Positions 28,664 through 40,585 of a stretch of 64,000 nt of DNA are shown here, in pieces. This stretch comes from Cryomorphaceae bacterium BACL11 MAG-121001-bin54 (GTDB lineage: Bacteria > Bacteroidota > Bacteroidia > Flavobacteriales > BACL11). Where the stretch lies: assembly GCA_905182255.1 (NCBI GenBank), contig CAJJAH010000003.1, forward strand, positions 28,101 through 92,100, in the 5' to 3' direction. The position numbers were made by a program, and so were the translations under genes. Under the pieces are notes generated by a model. It had not been told where the DNA came from, did no database searches, and worked only from the letters and a program-made list of their open reading frames with translations. Numbering within the stretch: the first letter of the stretch is position 1; each line of letters opens with the position of its first letter.

Positions 28664-30676
28664 TTAATTATCACCATGCTCTAAGTTCTTCTTCAAAGCA
28701 GCTAAACTATCTAGATCACCTAAGGTTGATTGTTTTTTATCAACCTCAAGCTTTTTCATAACTTTCTTAGCTGATGAAGCAGATTTTTTTCTTTCTATTT
28801 CAAGCTCTGCTTTAAAAATTGTAGTATGGGAAACTAGAATCTTCTTATTTTCTTTTGAAAATTCAAGAATTCTAAAAGACAAAGTTTCTCCAACTGTAAT
28901 TGATGAACCATCTTCCTTTTCAGTATGTCTTTTTGGAGCGAAAGCTTCAACATCTTCTGACAATGCGATTACAGCACCTTTATCAAATACCTCTTTTACA
29001 ATACCTTCATAATCCTTACCTTCTTTGAACTGATTAACATATTCATCCCAAGGGTTTTCATCTAGTTGCTTATGTCCTAAACTAATTTTTCTATTTCCTT
29101 TATCGATATCTAAAACAACAACATCAAGCATTGCATCAACTTGAGTAAATTCAGCAGGATGTTTGATTTTCTTAGTCCATGAAAGATCAGAGATATGTAC
29201 TAAACCATCAACACCTTCAACTAATTCAACAAAAATACCAAAGTTTGTAAAATTTCTAACTTTCACACTATGCTTAGATCCAACAGGAAATGTAGCTGCA
29301 ATATCAGCCCATGGATCTGGTGTCATTTGCTTAACACCTAGTGACATTTTTCTTGTTTCCTTATCTAAAGTAAGGATTTGCGCTTTTACAGAATCACCTT
29401 TCTTATAAAAATCATTTGCACTTCTAAGGTGAGTTGACCAAGACATTTCAGAAACATGTAATAAAGCTTCAATACCTGCTTGTAACTCAACAAATACCCC
29501 GTAATCAGCAACAACTACAACATTACCATTTACTTCGTCTCCTACTTTTATATTTTCATCTAAATTTTCCCATGGATGGGCTCCTAATTGCTTTAATCCT
29601 AACTGAATTCTACTCTTACCTTCGTCATAGTCCAGAATCACAACATTAATTGTTTCGTCTAAAGACACAATCTCATCTGGATGAGAAATTCTTCCCCAAG
29701 ATAAATCAGTAATATGAATTAATCCATCAATACCTCCTAAGTCAACAAACACTCCATAAGATGTAATATTTTTAACGGTACCTTCAAGTACTTGTCCTTT
29801 TTCTAATTTAGACATGATCTCTTTAGTCTGAACTGCTAAATCAGCTTCAATTAAAGCTTTGTGAGATACAACAACATTTCTGAAAGATTCGTTAACTTTT
29901 ACAACTTTGAATTCCATTTTTTTACCAACATACTCGTCATAATCACGAATTGGCTTAACATCAATTTGAGATCCTGGCAAGAAACACTCAATACCAAAGA
30001 TGTCAACAATCATTCCTCCTTTTGTTCTACTCATTATTTGACCGTTAACAACCTCACCAGTTTCAAGAGCAACATTTACCTTCTCCCAGGCTCTTAATAC
30101 TCTTGCTCTTCTGTGAGATAAAACTAACTGACCATTTTTATCTTCTTGTTTTTCAACTAAAACCTCAACAGTATCTCCAGCTTTTAATTCAGGATTATAC
30201 TTAAATTCATTAAAACTTATTACCCCATCAGATTTAAAATTAATGTCAATAACAACCTCCCTATCGGTAACCAACACAACAGTACCATCAATAACTTGCT
30301 TATCTACAACATCAGGTAAGGTCGCACTATATTGAATTTCAAAATCACTTCTTTCTTTATTAGAGTATATATCGTTTTGAGCTGCTTTTTCCCAATCGAA
30401 TTCTTCTAATTTTTCAACTTTCTCATTTGGAGATTTTTCAATTTTAACTTCCTCGATTGCCGGAGTAAATTCTTTGACAACAGAATCTTTTTCTATTATT
30501 TCTTCAAATTTAGGGGATTCTACTTCCTTTTGAATTCTCTTTTTTGGAGTTTTTTTGGATTTAACTAATTTAGTTGCCGGTTTTTTTTCAACAACAGGAG
30601 TTGTTTCTACTACCACCATATTTTTAGGATTTTCTACTGCTTTTTCTGAAGTTTCCTTTTTATTTTCTTCTGACAT
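28664..30676 (-). CDS. rpsA: 30S ribosomal protein S1 (with a Lys/Glu/Pro-rich N-terminal extension)
   Basis: 670 aa with six S1 OB-fold repeats (for example GTVKNITSYGVFVDLGGIDGLIHITDLSW). Confidence 0.95.
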   Translation of the reverse strand: MSEENKKETSEKAVENPKNMVVVETTPVVEKKPATKLVKSKKTPKKRIQKEVESPKFEEIIEKDSVVKEFTPAIEEVKIEKSPNEKVEKLEEFDWEKAAQNDIYSNKERSDFEIQYSATLPDVVDKQVIDGTVVLVTDREVVIDINFKSDGVISFNEFKYNPELKAGDTVEVLVEKQEDKNGQLVLSHRRARVLRAWEKVNVALETGEVVNGQIMSRTKGGMIVDIFGIECFLPGSQIDVKPIRDYDEYVGKKMEFKVVKVNESFRNVVVSHKALIEADLAVQTKEIMSKLEKGQVLEGTVKNITSYGVFVDLGGIDGLIHITDLSWGRISHPDEIVSLDETINVVILDYDEGKSRIQLGLKQLGAHPWENLDENIKVGDEVNGNVVVVADYGVFVELQAGIEALLHVSEMSWSTHLRSANDFYKKGDSVKAQILTLDKETRKMSLGVKQMTPDPWADIAATFPVGSKHSVKVRNFTNFGIFVELVEGVDGLVHISDLSWTKKIKHPAEFTQVDAMLDVVVLDIDKGNRKISLGHKQLDENPWDEYVNQFKEGKDYEGIVKEVFDKGAVIALSEDVEAFAPKRHTEKEDGSSITVGETLSFRILEFSKENKKILVSHTTIFKAELEIERKKSASSAKKVMKKLEVDKKQSTLGDLDSLAALKKNLEHGDN

Positions 30677-30794
30677 TTTTTCAATTTACATTTGTATCTT
30701 AAAGTAAGCAAGGCTTAGATGTATTAAACTTTAAGAGCGATTAATTTTATATTTTTCCTTATCACTACCTTACAACACATTCTGAAAAGGGCCG

Positions 30795-30824
30795 CAAAAA
30801 TACAATTTTAATATGGAACAACAA
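30795..30824 (-). promoter_or_regulatory. canonical Bacteroidetes sigma-A promoter (TTG-N19-TAttTTTG on minus strand) for rpsA
   Basis: Plus strand has CAAAAATA at 30795-30802, 19 nt of spacer, and CAA at 30822-30824. This implies a 5' leader of about 110 nt. Confidence 0.5.
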
Positions 30825-30833
30825 ATAATAATA

Positions 30834-31709
30834 TCACACTATCTTTTCAATAGTATTTTGCACCTGTTCCATCAACCATCTTGGAGTGGAAGTTGCACCA
30901 CAAATACCAACAGAACGGGCTGTTAAAAACCATTCATTATTTATTTCACTGATATCTGAGATAAAGTGTGAATTTGAATTCTCTTCCTTACATGATTGAT
31001 ATAACATTTTTCCATTAGAACTTTTAGTCCCACTGACAAAAATAATTACGTCATGATCTTTGGAAAATGTCTTTAAATGTGGCTCTTTTCTAGACACTTG
31101 ACTGCATAATGTATCATGAACAATAAATTTAATTTTCTCTTTACTACCTGCAGATATAATTCTATTCTTGATTTTAGCAACAACATCTGCAAAAGCAGCA
31201 GGACTTTTAGTAGTTTGAGAATACAAATAAATTGGTTTATTAAAATTAATTTTATTTAAATCTTCATCAGTGTAAACGATAATAGCCTCTCCATTTGTCT
31301 GACCAACCAATCCAGTAACTTCTGCATGCCCATCTTTACCATAGATTACAATTTGCCCATCTATGTTTTGAATATCCTCATGTCCTTCTTTAATTTGGTG
31401 TTGTAACTTAAGCACAACAGGGCAAGAGGCATCTAAAAGCTGAATATTGTTTTTTAAAGCTAGTGCATATGTTGATGGAGGCTCACCATGAGCACGTATT
31501 AATACTTTACAGTTTTTTAATGTATTAAGTTTATGGTGATCAATAATCTCCAATCCTAAGGTATTTAGACGATCAACTTCTTGATCATTATGAACAATAT
31601 CTCCTAAACAATACAGTATTTCATCTTCAGCTAATATATCTTCAGCCATCTGAATAGCATAGACAACACCAAAACAAAAACCTGATTTATTATCAATAGT
31701 AACTTCCAT
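30834..31709 (-). CDS. ispH: 4-hydroxy-3-methylbut-2-enyl diphosphate reductase
   Basis: 291 aa with the IspH/LytB pattern (GFCFGV, ASCPVV, ICGATSTP). Confidence 0.9.
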   Translation of the reverse strand: MEVTIDNKSGFCFGVVYAIQMAEDILAEDEILYCLGDIVHNDQEVDRLNTLGLEIIDHHKLNTLKNCKVLIRAHGEPPSTYALALKNNIQLLDASCPVVLKLQHQIKEGHEDIQNIDGQIVIYGKDGHAEVTGLVGQTNGEAIIVYTDEDLNKINFNKPIYLYSQTTKSPAAFADVVAKIKNRIISAGSKEKIKFIVHDTLCSQVSRKEPHLKTFSKDHDVIIFVSGTKSSNGKMLYQSCKEENSNSHFISDISEINNEWFLTARSVGICGATSTPRWLMEQVQNTIEKIV

Positions 31710-32401
31710 TATTTACTTAATATATTAATTATAAAATTATCAATCAAATTATTTTGCTCATTAATGGATAAATTAGAATTATCAATTAATATAGCGTCAT
31801 CTGCTTGAAGTAAAGGATTTATTATTCGATTCATATCATGATCATCTCTTAAAGTAAGATTAGCAAGTACTTGATCAAAAGTAATCTTCTCTCCTTTTCT
31901 CTTCAATTCACTGTACCTTCTTTTTGCTCTTATTTCAGCATCTGCTGTCACAAATAACTTTAATTTTGCGTCAGGAAAAACTTTTGTTCCAATATCTCTT
32001 CCGTCCATCACAACGCTTCCCTGACTACCTATTTCTTGCTGTAAAGTAATTAATTTTTTGCGCACTTGCTGAATTTGAGCCACAACACTGACATTATCAG
32101 ATACATTAAAACCTCTAATAATTTGCTCAACATTTTTTCCATTTAGAATAGTTTCAGAAAGCTTAGTTTCAGAATTAAAAATAAAATCTATTGTAATATT
32201 ATCTATTTCTTCAATAAGTAAATTCAGTTTAATTTCTTTGTTAGAAATAATGTTATTTTCCATACAAAAAAGAGTCACAGCACGATACATTGCTCCTGTA
32301 TCAATATATCGCATGCCATATTTACTAGCCACTGCTTTTGAAATAGTACTCTTTCCGCATGATGAATGGCCATCAATAGCTATATTAAAAGGTAAACTCA
32401 T
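31709..32401 (-). CDS. cmk: (d)CMP kinase
   Basis: IAIDGHSSCGKSTISKAVASKYGMRYIDTGAMYRA. Confidence 0.95.
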   Translation of the reverse strand: MSLPFNIAIDGHSSCGKSTISKAVASKYGMRYIDTGAMYRAVTLFCMENNIISNKEIKLNLLIEEIDNITIDFIFNSETKLSETILNGKNVEQIIRGFNVSDNVSVVAQIQQVRKKLITLQQEIGSQGSVVMDGRDIGTKVFPDAKLKLFVTADAEIRAKRRYSELKRKGEKITFDQVLANLTLRDDHDMNRIINPLLQADDAILIDNSNLSINEQNNLIDNFIINILSK

Positions 32402-33429
32402 TAGAACACAAAAGTACTAAAATCTGTAGCAAAACTAAAGTTATTTGGTGTTCCTGATAAATGATAAGCAGCCCTACTGTAGTCTAAACGGAATTTTAAG
32501 ACTTCAAATCCTATCCCCCACGAGAAACCTACTAATGCTGGATATGTGGAAAGGCTCATATCAAACCTTCTTTGAAAATTAAAACCACCTCTTATATAAA
32601 GACTTTTACGAAAAGGATTTAATTCACCTCCTATAATTAAATGTCGAAAAGCTTTTTTAGCGATACCTTCCTCTTTTATTTCCAACTCACCTGTATTAAT
32701 ATTGGTTTGAGTTGTTAATTTATAAGGAGACATTATATCAAACTGATTCAGATGATGGCAAGTAAGTGAATATCGAAAAGGCAGATATTTTAGTTCCCTA
32801 CTAATACCTAACTGTAAATCAAAAGGAAGTGATTCTTCAGCGTTTGCATATGCAGTTAGCTGTCTACCCATATTTTTAAAGAGCAAAGTAGAAGTAAATG
32901 CCTTTTCAGGATTAAAATAAGTTACCGATATATTAGATGAAATTGCAAAAGCATAATATGATTCATACTGAGAATTTAGTATATTTAGATTTACACCCAA
33001 TGTGATTTTTTCATTTAATCCCCTGCAAAAACCAAAAGTAATAACCTGATCGTGAGCAGAAAATGAACCAAAATTATTCCCAACATCATCATTATATTCG
33101 AATTCACCATAATTTATTGCTTTAAATCCAATTGAAAAAACACCAAATTTATCCAATTTTTTAGCAAAAGAAAATCCTATCAAGTTAATATCTGAGAAAT
33201 AATCGGTAAAAGAAAAAACCAAAGAATTATGCATTTTATTATTCAGTAATGAAGGAGTGGTTTGCCCTAATGAAACATCCCTATCAATAATAGCAATTCC
33301 ACTTCCACCCATAGCTTCAATTCTTGGTGATAATTCTACATCAATAAATGAAAAAGCAGTTATTCCTCCAACTTGAGAAAAAAGAGTCAAAGGAAAACAA
33401 AATACTAATAAAATTATTTTTATTTTCAT
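32401..33429 (-). CDS. porQ: type IX secretion system outer-membrane protein, PorQ-like
   Basis: 342 aa with a signal peptide, beta-barrel-like alternating pattern and a C-terminal F. The N-terminal GGITAFSFIDVELSPRIEAMGG resembles the PorQ family. As I recall, porQ-cmk-ispH synteny also occurs in Porphyromonas. The assignment is from memory and was not searched. Confidence 0.6.
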   Translation of the reverse strand: MKIKIILLVFCFPLTLFSQVGGITAFSFIDVELSPRIEAMGGSGIAIIDRDVSLGQTTPSLLNNKMHNSLVFSFTDYFSDINLIGFSFAKKLDKFGVFSIGFKAINYGEFEYNDDVGNNFGSFSAHDQVITFGFCRGLNEKITLGVNLNILNSQYESYYAFAISSNISVTYFNPEKAFTSTLLFKNMGRQLTAYANAEESLPFDLQLGISRELKYLPFRYSLTCHHLNQFDIMSPYKLTTQTNINTGELEIKEEGIAKKAFRHLIIGGELNPFRKSLYIRGGFNFQRRFDMSLSTYPALVGFSWGIGFEVLKFRLDYSRAAYHLSGTPNNFSFATDFSTFVF

Positions 33430-33479
33430 TTAGTTAATGTGATAACGCTTAAAAATTGAACTTATTATTTACAAATATA

Positions 33480-35930
33480 TCAATTAATTGTAATAGCTCC
33501 CTTTATTTTCTGATCCAACAAAGCAATATCAGTTACTTCTTTCAAAGTATTAACATAATGGAAAGTCATACCCTTTACATACTTTTCGTTTATATCTAAA
33601 ATATCTTTTCTGTTTTGCTTTGACAGAATAATCTCATTTATTCCCGAACGTTTAGCAGCCAATATCTTTTCTTTAATCCCGCCAACTGGCAAAATCTTTC
33701 CCCTTAGAGTTAATTCTCCTGTCATAGCAATTTTCTCTTTTACTTTTCTTTGTGTAAAAGAAGATACTAAAGATGTGAACATAGTAATTCCTGCTGAAGG
33801 ACCATCCTTAGGAGTTGCTCCTTCAGGCACATGAACATGCACATTCCATTTTTCAAAAACTTCAGATGATAAATTATATGAATCTGCATGAGCCTTCAAG
33901 TATTCCATAGCGATAGTTACTGATTCTTTCATAACTTTTCCTAAGTTACCTGTAACGGATAATTTCCCCTTTCCTTTACTTAAACTACTTTCAATGAATA
34001 AAATATCTCCACCAACTGAAGTCCAGGCTAATCCTGTTACAACGCCTGCAAATGAATTATCTATAAATCGATCTCTATCAAATATAGGCGCGCCCAACAC
34101 TTTTTCTACTACATCTGATCCCGGAGAGTAATCAAAAGATTCCTCCATAACTAATGATTTCGCTACATTACGAATCATCTTGCTTACCATTTTATCTAAA
34201 GTTCTTACTCCTGATTCTCTAGTATATTGATCAACAATTTTCTCTAGAATTGTATCCGAAAGTGTAAATTGCTCATTTTTTAAGCCATGAGATTTTAATT
34301 GTTTTGGCAATAAATGTTTTTTGGCAATCTGCACCTTTTCTTCAATGGTATATCCGTTAATTTCAATAATCTCCATTCTATCCCTTAAAGCTGGCTGGAC
34401 ACTAGCTAGAGAATTGGCAGTTGCCACAAACATCACTTTAGAAAGATCATAATCTAATTCTAAGTAATTATCATGAAAAGCTTCATTTTGCTCTGGATCT
34501 AACACTTCTAATAATGCAGATGACGGATCGCCATGAGAATCTCTTGTTACTTTGTCAATTTCATCAAGAACGAAAACAGGATTTGATGATTTTGCTTTTT
34601 GAATAGATTTAATAATTCTACCAGGCATAGCTCCAATATAGGTTTTCCTATGACCTCTTATTTCTGATTCATCCCTCAATCCTCCCAAAGAAACTCTTTC
34701 ATATTTTCTTCCCAAAGCTTCAGCTATTGACTTACCCAAAGATGTTTTTCCAACTCCAGGTGGACCATACAAACATAATATTGGAGACTTCATATCCCCT
34801 TTAAGCTTTAATACTGCCAAATGCTCAATGATTCTTTCTTTTACTTTTTCTAAACCAAAGTGATCTCTATCAAGGATCTCTCTTGCACTTTTCAAATTAA
34901 AACTATCAACAGTACACTCCTCCCATGGAAGTTCTAATATTAATTCTATATAACTTCTTTGCACAGCATAATCCGACATGGAGGGATTCATTCTTTGCAA
35001 TTTTCGCAATTCCTTATCAAATGCATTTTCAATCTCCTTGCTCCATTTTTTCTTATCACCATGTTTACGCATCTCATCAATCTCTTTTTGAGATCCGCTT
35101 CCACCTAGCTCCTCTTGAATAGCTTTCATTTGCTGATTTAAGTAATACTCTCTCTGCTGTTTATCTAAATCAGTTTGAACTTTAGACTGAATTTTATTTT
35201 TCATTTCTAAAAGCTGCAATTCTTTTGTCAATAATTCTAATACTTTTATTGCACGCTTTTTCAAATCAACTTCTTCTAGTAAAGCTTGTTTTTCTGACAA
35301 ATTAATATTCATATTTGACGATACAAAATTAATGATAAATGAAGTATTCTTAATGTTTTTAATAGCAATAGCTGCCTCAGTAGGAATATTTGGTGATTCA
35401 TCAATAATCCTTAATGCTAAATCTTTTACAGAAGAAACTAATGCATTAAATTCTTGATCTTTTTTCTCTGGTTTTACCTCTTTTAAATCCTTAACTTTAG
35501 CTTTGTAATAAGGCTCATTCTGCACCATTTCTTCAATTTTAAAACGTTTACGTCCCTGAATAACTGCTGTAACATTACCATCAGGCATTTTTAACATTTT
35601 TAAAATATGAGCAACTGTTCCTACTTCGTTTAAATCCTTTAATTCAGGAAGTTCAGTATCAAACTCTTTTTGAGAAACTACTCCAACAGAATTGTTACCA
35701 CTTTCTGCATCCTTAATTAATTTAACTGATCTATCTCTCCCTATTGTAATTGGAATTATAACTCCTGGAAATAAAACAGTATTTCTTAATGGCAAAATTG
35801 ACATTACATCAGGAGTATCTTCCTTTGAAATTTTGGCCTCATCTTCATCAGACATTAATGGCAAGAATTCTGTTTCCTCGTTTATTAAATCAGAAAGCTC
35901 AAAACTGTCCAATTGATATTTATTTCTCAT
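33480..35930 (-). CDS. lon: endopeptidase La (Lon protease)
   Basis: 816 aa with Walker A GPPGVGKTS and catalytic PKDGPSAG. Confidence 0.95.
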   Translation of the reverse strand: MRNKYQLDSFELSDLINEETEFLPLMSDEDEAKISKEDTPDVMSILPLRNTVLFPGVIIPITIGRDRSVKLIKDAESGNNSVGVVSQKEFDTELPELKDLNEVGTVAHILKMLKMPDGNVTAVIQGRKRFKIEEMVQNEPYYKAKVKDLKEVKPEKKDQEFNALVSSVKDLALRIIDESPNIPTEAAIAIKNIKNTSFIINFVSSNMNINLSEKQALLEEVDLKKRAIKVLELLTKELQLLEMKNKIQSKVQTDLDKQQREYYLNQQMKAIQEELGGSGSQKEIDEMRKHGDKKKWSKEIENAFDKELRKLQRMNPSMSDYAVQRSYIELILELPWEECTVDSFNLKSAREILDRDHFGLEKVKERIIEHLAVLKLKGDMKSPILCLYGPPGVGKTSLGKSIAEALGRKYERVSLGGLRDESEIRGHRKTYIGAMPGRIIKSIQKAKSSNPVFVLDEIDKVTRDSHGDPSSALLEVLDPEQNEAFHDNYLELDYDLSKVMFVATANSLASVQPALRDRMEIIEINGYTIEEKVQIAKKHLLPKQLKSHGLKNEQFTLSDTILEKIVDQYTRESGVRTLDKMVSKMIRNVAKSLVMEESFDYSPGSDVVEKVLGAPIFDRDRFIDNSFAGVVTGLAWTSVGGDILFIESSLSKGKGKLSVTGNLGKVMKESVTIAMEYLKAHADSYNLSSEVFEKWNVHVHVPEGATPKDGPSAGITMFTSLVSSFTQRKVKEKIAMTGELTLRGKILPVGGIKEKILAAKRSGINEIILSKQNRKDILDINEKYVKGMTFHYVNTLKEVTDIALLDQKIKGAITIN

Positions 35931-35998
35931 AATAATTAGTTTTCAAAATTAAAAATTGCAATTAGTATGCCATAATTGAAATATAGTCTTTTTGTCAG

Positions 35999-37156
35999 TT
36001 AAAGTTCGTTCCTATAATGTTTTGTCATATTATAAACATGAGTCAAAATACCTTGCTCTGCTTTGTCAAAGCTTAATTTTCTTCTTGCAAAAACTTTTTC
36101 AGCTACTTCTAAAGCCTTTTGTAACTTATAAATAGAAAAACCTGCGGCTCCTCCCCAATTAAATGAAGGGATAAAATTTCTTGGAAATCCACTGCCAAAA
36201 ATATTAGTACTCACTCCTACAATTGTACCAGTATTAAACATAGTATTAATACCACATTTAGAATGATCACCCATTATTAAACCACAAAATTGTAAATCTG
36301 TATTTATAAAACGTTCTTCTTTATAGTTCCAGATTTTAACATTGGCGTAATTATTCTTTAAGTTGGAATTGTTAGAATCTGCACCTAAGTTACACCACTC
36401 ACCAATCACAGAATTACCTAAAAATCCATCATGCGCTTTAGAAGAATATCCAAAGAATACTGAATTGTTCACCTCACCTCCAACTTTACAATAAGGACCT
36501 AAACTAGTCGCACCATAAATTTTAGTTCCCATTTTAAGTACAGAATTTTCCCCCATTGAAAAAGGACCTCTTATAATCGAACCTTCCATTATTTCAGCAT
36601 TTTTTCCAATATAGATAGGACCACTTTCAGAATTTAATATACTACAAGAAACTTTAGCTCCTTTTTCAATAAAAATATCTTTTCCTAAAACAGTATTATT
36701 TTCAGACAAAGACTGGGATACTCTTCCCTTAATCAATAAAGAAAAATCTCTTTTAATCTCTCTATCATTATCATTGAAAATATCACACAAATTTTCTAAT
36801 GAATCCACTTCAATATGAGTAGTAATCTTAATCAATTTATCAGGATCATACACTGCAGACCTAAAAGCAATAACATCCCCATTTTTTTCTAAAATCTCTC
36901 CAACCCTTAAGCTTTCTAACTCTGTAATTAAAATTTTAGTTGGCAATATTTTAGCCGAAACCCAAAGATTGTCTTTTGTTTGCTTTATGGGAAATTTATC
37001 AGACAAATAACCTTCTGTTTTTACAGAAACTGATTTATAGTATTTTTCCCATTTCTCCCTAATAGTAAAAATTCCAATCCTAAAATCAGCTATAGGACGT
37101 GTAAAGGAAAGGGGATAGTAGTTTTCCCTATTATTGTCAAAAAGAATTAAATTCAT
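35999..37156 (-). CDS. putative sugar nucleotidyltransferase / GlmU-family hexapeptide-repeat protein
   Basis: About 385 aa from MNLILFDNN (ATG 37156), with C-terminal left-handed beta-helix repeats. Confidence 0.7.
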   Translation of the reverse strand: MNLILFDNNRENYYPLSFTRPIADFRIGIFTIREKWEKYYKSVSVKTEGYLSDKFPIKQTKDNLWVSAKILPTKILITELESLRVGEILEKNGDVIAFRSAVYDPDKLIKITTHIEVDSLENLCDIFNDNDREIKRDFSLLIKGRVSQSLSENNTVLGKDIFIEKGAKVSCSILNSESGPIYIGKNAEIMEGSIIRGPFSMGENSVLKMGTKIYGATSLGPYCKVGGEVNNSVFFGYSSKAHDGFLGNSVIGEWCNLGADSNNSNLKNNYANVKIWNYKEERFINTDLQFCGLIMGDHSKCGINTMFNTGTIVGVSTNIFGSGFPRNFIPSFNWGGAAGFSIYKLQKALEVAEKVFARRKLSFDKAEQGILTHVYNMTKHYRNEL

Positions 37157-37168
37157 AAGAACAAAGTT

Positions 37169-37200
37169 AAAAAAAAAGCCCACACAATTGTGCGGGCTTT
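37169..37200 (-). terminator. rho-independent terminator after rpmE2
   Basis: The minus strand reads GCCCGCA-CAATTG-TGTGGGC (one G-U pair) followed by a T-run. Confidence 0.65.
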
Positions 37201-37221
37201 TTGCTATAGTTTAAAATTCAA

Positions 37222-37476
37222 TTATTTTGTGAATTTCTTGTATTTATTTTTGAATTTATCAATTCTACCAGCAGTGTCTATTAACTTTGCCTTACCAGTA
37301 TAAAAAGGATGAGAAGCAGAAGAAATCTCCATTTTAATTAATGGATACTCGTTACCATCTTCCCATTTAATAGTATCTTCGGTCTCAACACATGATTTTG
37401 TTAAGATAGCGAAATCAGATGACATATCTTTGAATATGCAAAATCTGTAATTTTCAGGATGTATTTCTTTTCTCAT
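37222..37476 (-). CDS. rpmE2: 50S ribosomal protein L31, type B
   Basis: 84 aa. It begins [10 protein letters not shown] and lacks the CxxC zinc motif. Confidence 0.9.
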   Translation of the reverse strand: MRKEIHPENYRFCIFKDMSSDFAILTKSCVETEDTIKWEDGNEYPLIKMEISSASHPFYTGKAKLIDTAGRIDKFKNKYKKFTK

Positions 37477-37548
37477 TATTGTATCTTCTTAAATTAGGGC
37501 TGCAAAAATAAAAAGTTTTATTTAATCGACATCACTAATTGGTAAATA

Positions 37549-38484
37549 TTATAAATTTAAATCTTCTAGCAATATATTTGTAGCTTTAACTCCTGCTGCT
37601 GACAATTGTAGCTGACTTAATTCTGAATCATCCAACTTAATTTCAACTATTTTTTCAATACCGTTTTTACCTAAGATAACCGGTACGCCAATACACAAAT
37701 TATTTAAACCAAATTCACCCTCTAACAATACTGAACATGGGAACATTTTTTGCTGATCACAAGCAATTGCTTGAACCAAACTACTTACTGCAGCTCCTGG
37801 AGCATACCAAGCTGATGTACCTAACATTCCTGTTAAAGTTGCTCCACCTACTTTAGTGCTTTCTAATACTCTTTGCAAAATTTCATCATTTAAAAACTCT
37901 GAAACTCGCACTGAATTTCTAGTTGCTAAACGAGTTAAAGGTACCATTCCCTTATCAGAATGACCACCAATCACCATACCTTCAATATCAGAACTTGGAC
38001 ACTCAATTGCTTCAGCTAATCTATATTTGAAACGTGCAGAATCCAATGCACCACCCATACCAATAATTCTGTTTTTTGGTAAACCAGTTGATTTGTGTGC
38101 TAAATAAGTCATAGTATCCATAGGGTTACTTACAATAATTAAAATAACATTAGGAGAATATTTAATTAACTGTTCTGAAACAGACTTTACAATACCTGCA
38201 TTAATTCCAATTAACTCCTCTCTTGTCATCCCAGGTTTTCTTGGGATTCCAGATGTGATAACTGCGATATTGCTTCCTGCTGTTTTAGAATAATCGTTTG
38301 TTGACCCTGTAATTTTAGTGTCAAAGCCCATTAAGGATGCAGTTTGCATTAAATCCATAGCCTTCCCTTCAGCGAATTTCTCTTTAATATCAACTAATAC
38401 TACTTCTGAAGCAAAGTTTTTAATTGCTACATATTCCGCACAACTTGCTCCTACTGCTCCCGCCCCTACTATTGTAACTTTCAT
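37549..38484 (-). CDS. mdh: malate dehydrogenase
   Basis: 311 aa, begins MKVTIVGAGAVG, LDH-like MDH family. Confidence 0.95.
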   Translation of the reverse strand: MKVTIVGAGAVGASCAEYVAIKNFASEVVLVDIKEKFAEGKAMDLMQTASLMGFDTKITGSTNDYSKTAGSNIAVITSGIPRKPGMTREELIGINAGIVKSVSEQLIKYSPNVILIIVSNPMDTMTYLAHKSTGLPKNRIIGMGGALDSARFKYRLAEAIECPSSDIEGMVIGGHSDKGMVPLTRLATRNSVRVSEFLNDEILQRVLESTKVGGATLTGMLGTSAWYAPGAAVSSLVQAIACDQQKMFPCSVLLEGEFGLNNLCIGVPVILGKNGIEKIVEIKLDDSELSQLQLSAAGVKATNILLEDLNL

Positions 38485-38518
38485 TATCTTATTATTTATT
38501 ATTGTTTTTTATCTGTTT

Positions 38519-40477
<1,959 letters not shown>

Positions 40478-40503
40478 TTATTTTATCTTTTTTTTTAATC
40501 ACA

Positions 40504-40511
40504 CAAATATA
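40504..40511 (-). promoter_or_regulatory. candidate -7 box (TAtaTTTG on minus strand) upstream of gyrB
   Basis: CAAATATA on the plus strand, about 36 nt upstream of the gyrB ATG. Confidence 0.3.
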
Positions 40512-40585
40512 CACTTATTGAATGAGTTAAAGTACGAAAAAAAGCATGAAAATTAAAAGGAATTTTTCAACAAATGTTAATAAAT

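Noticed and set aside
28614-28760. PyrR-binding attenuator upstream of pyrR, with the hairpin at 28631-28660 as a regulated terminator
   Set aside because: The hairpin sits directly after the rpsA stop and looks like an ordinary intrinsic terminator. I found no PyrR-box-like UCCAGAGAGG sequence in the 100 nt upstream.
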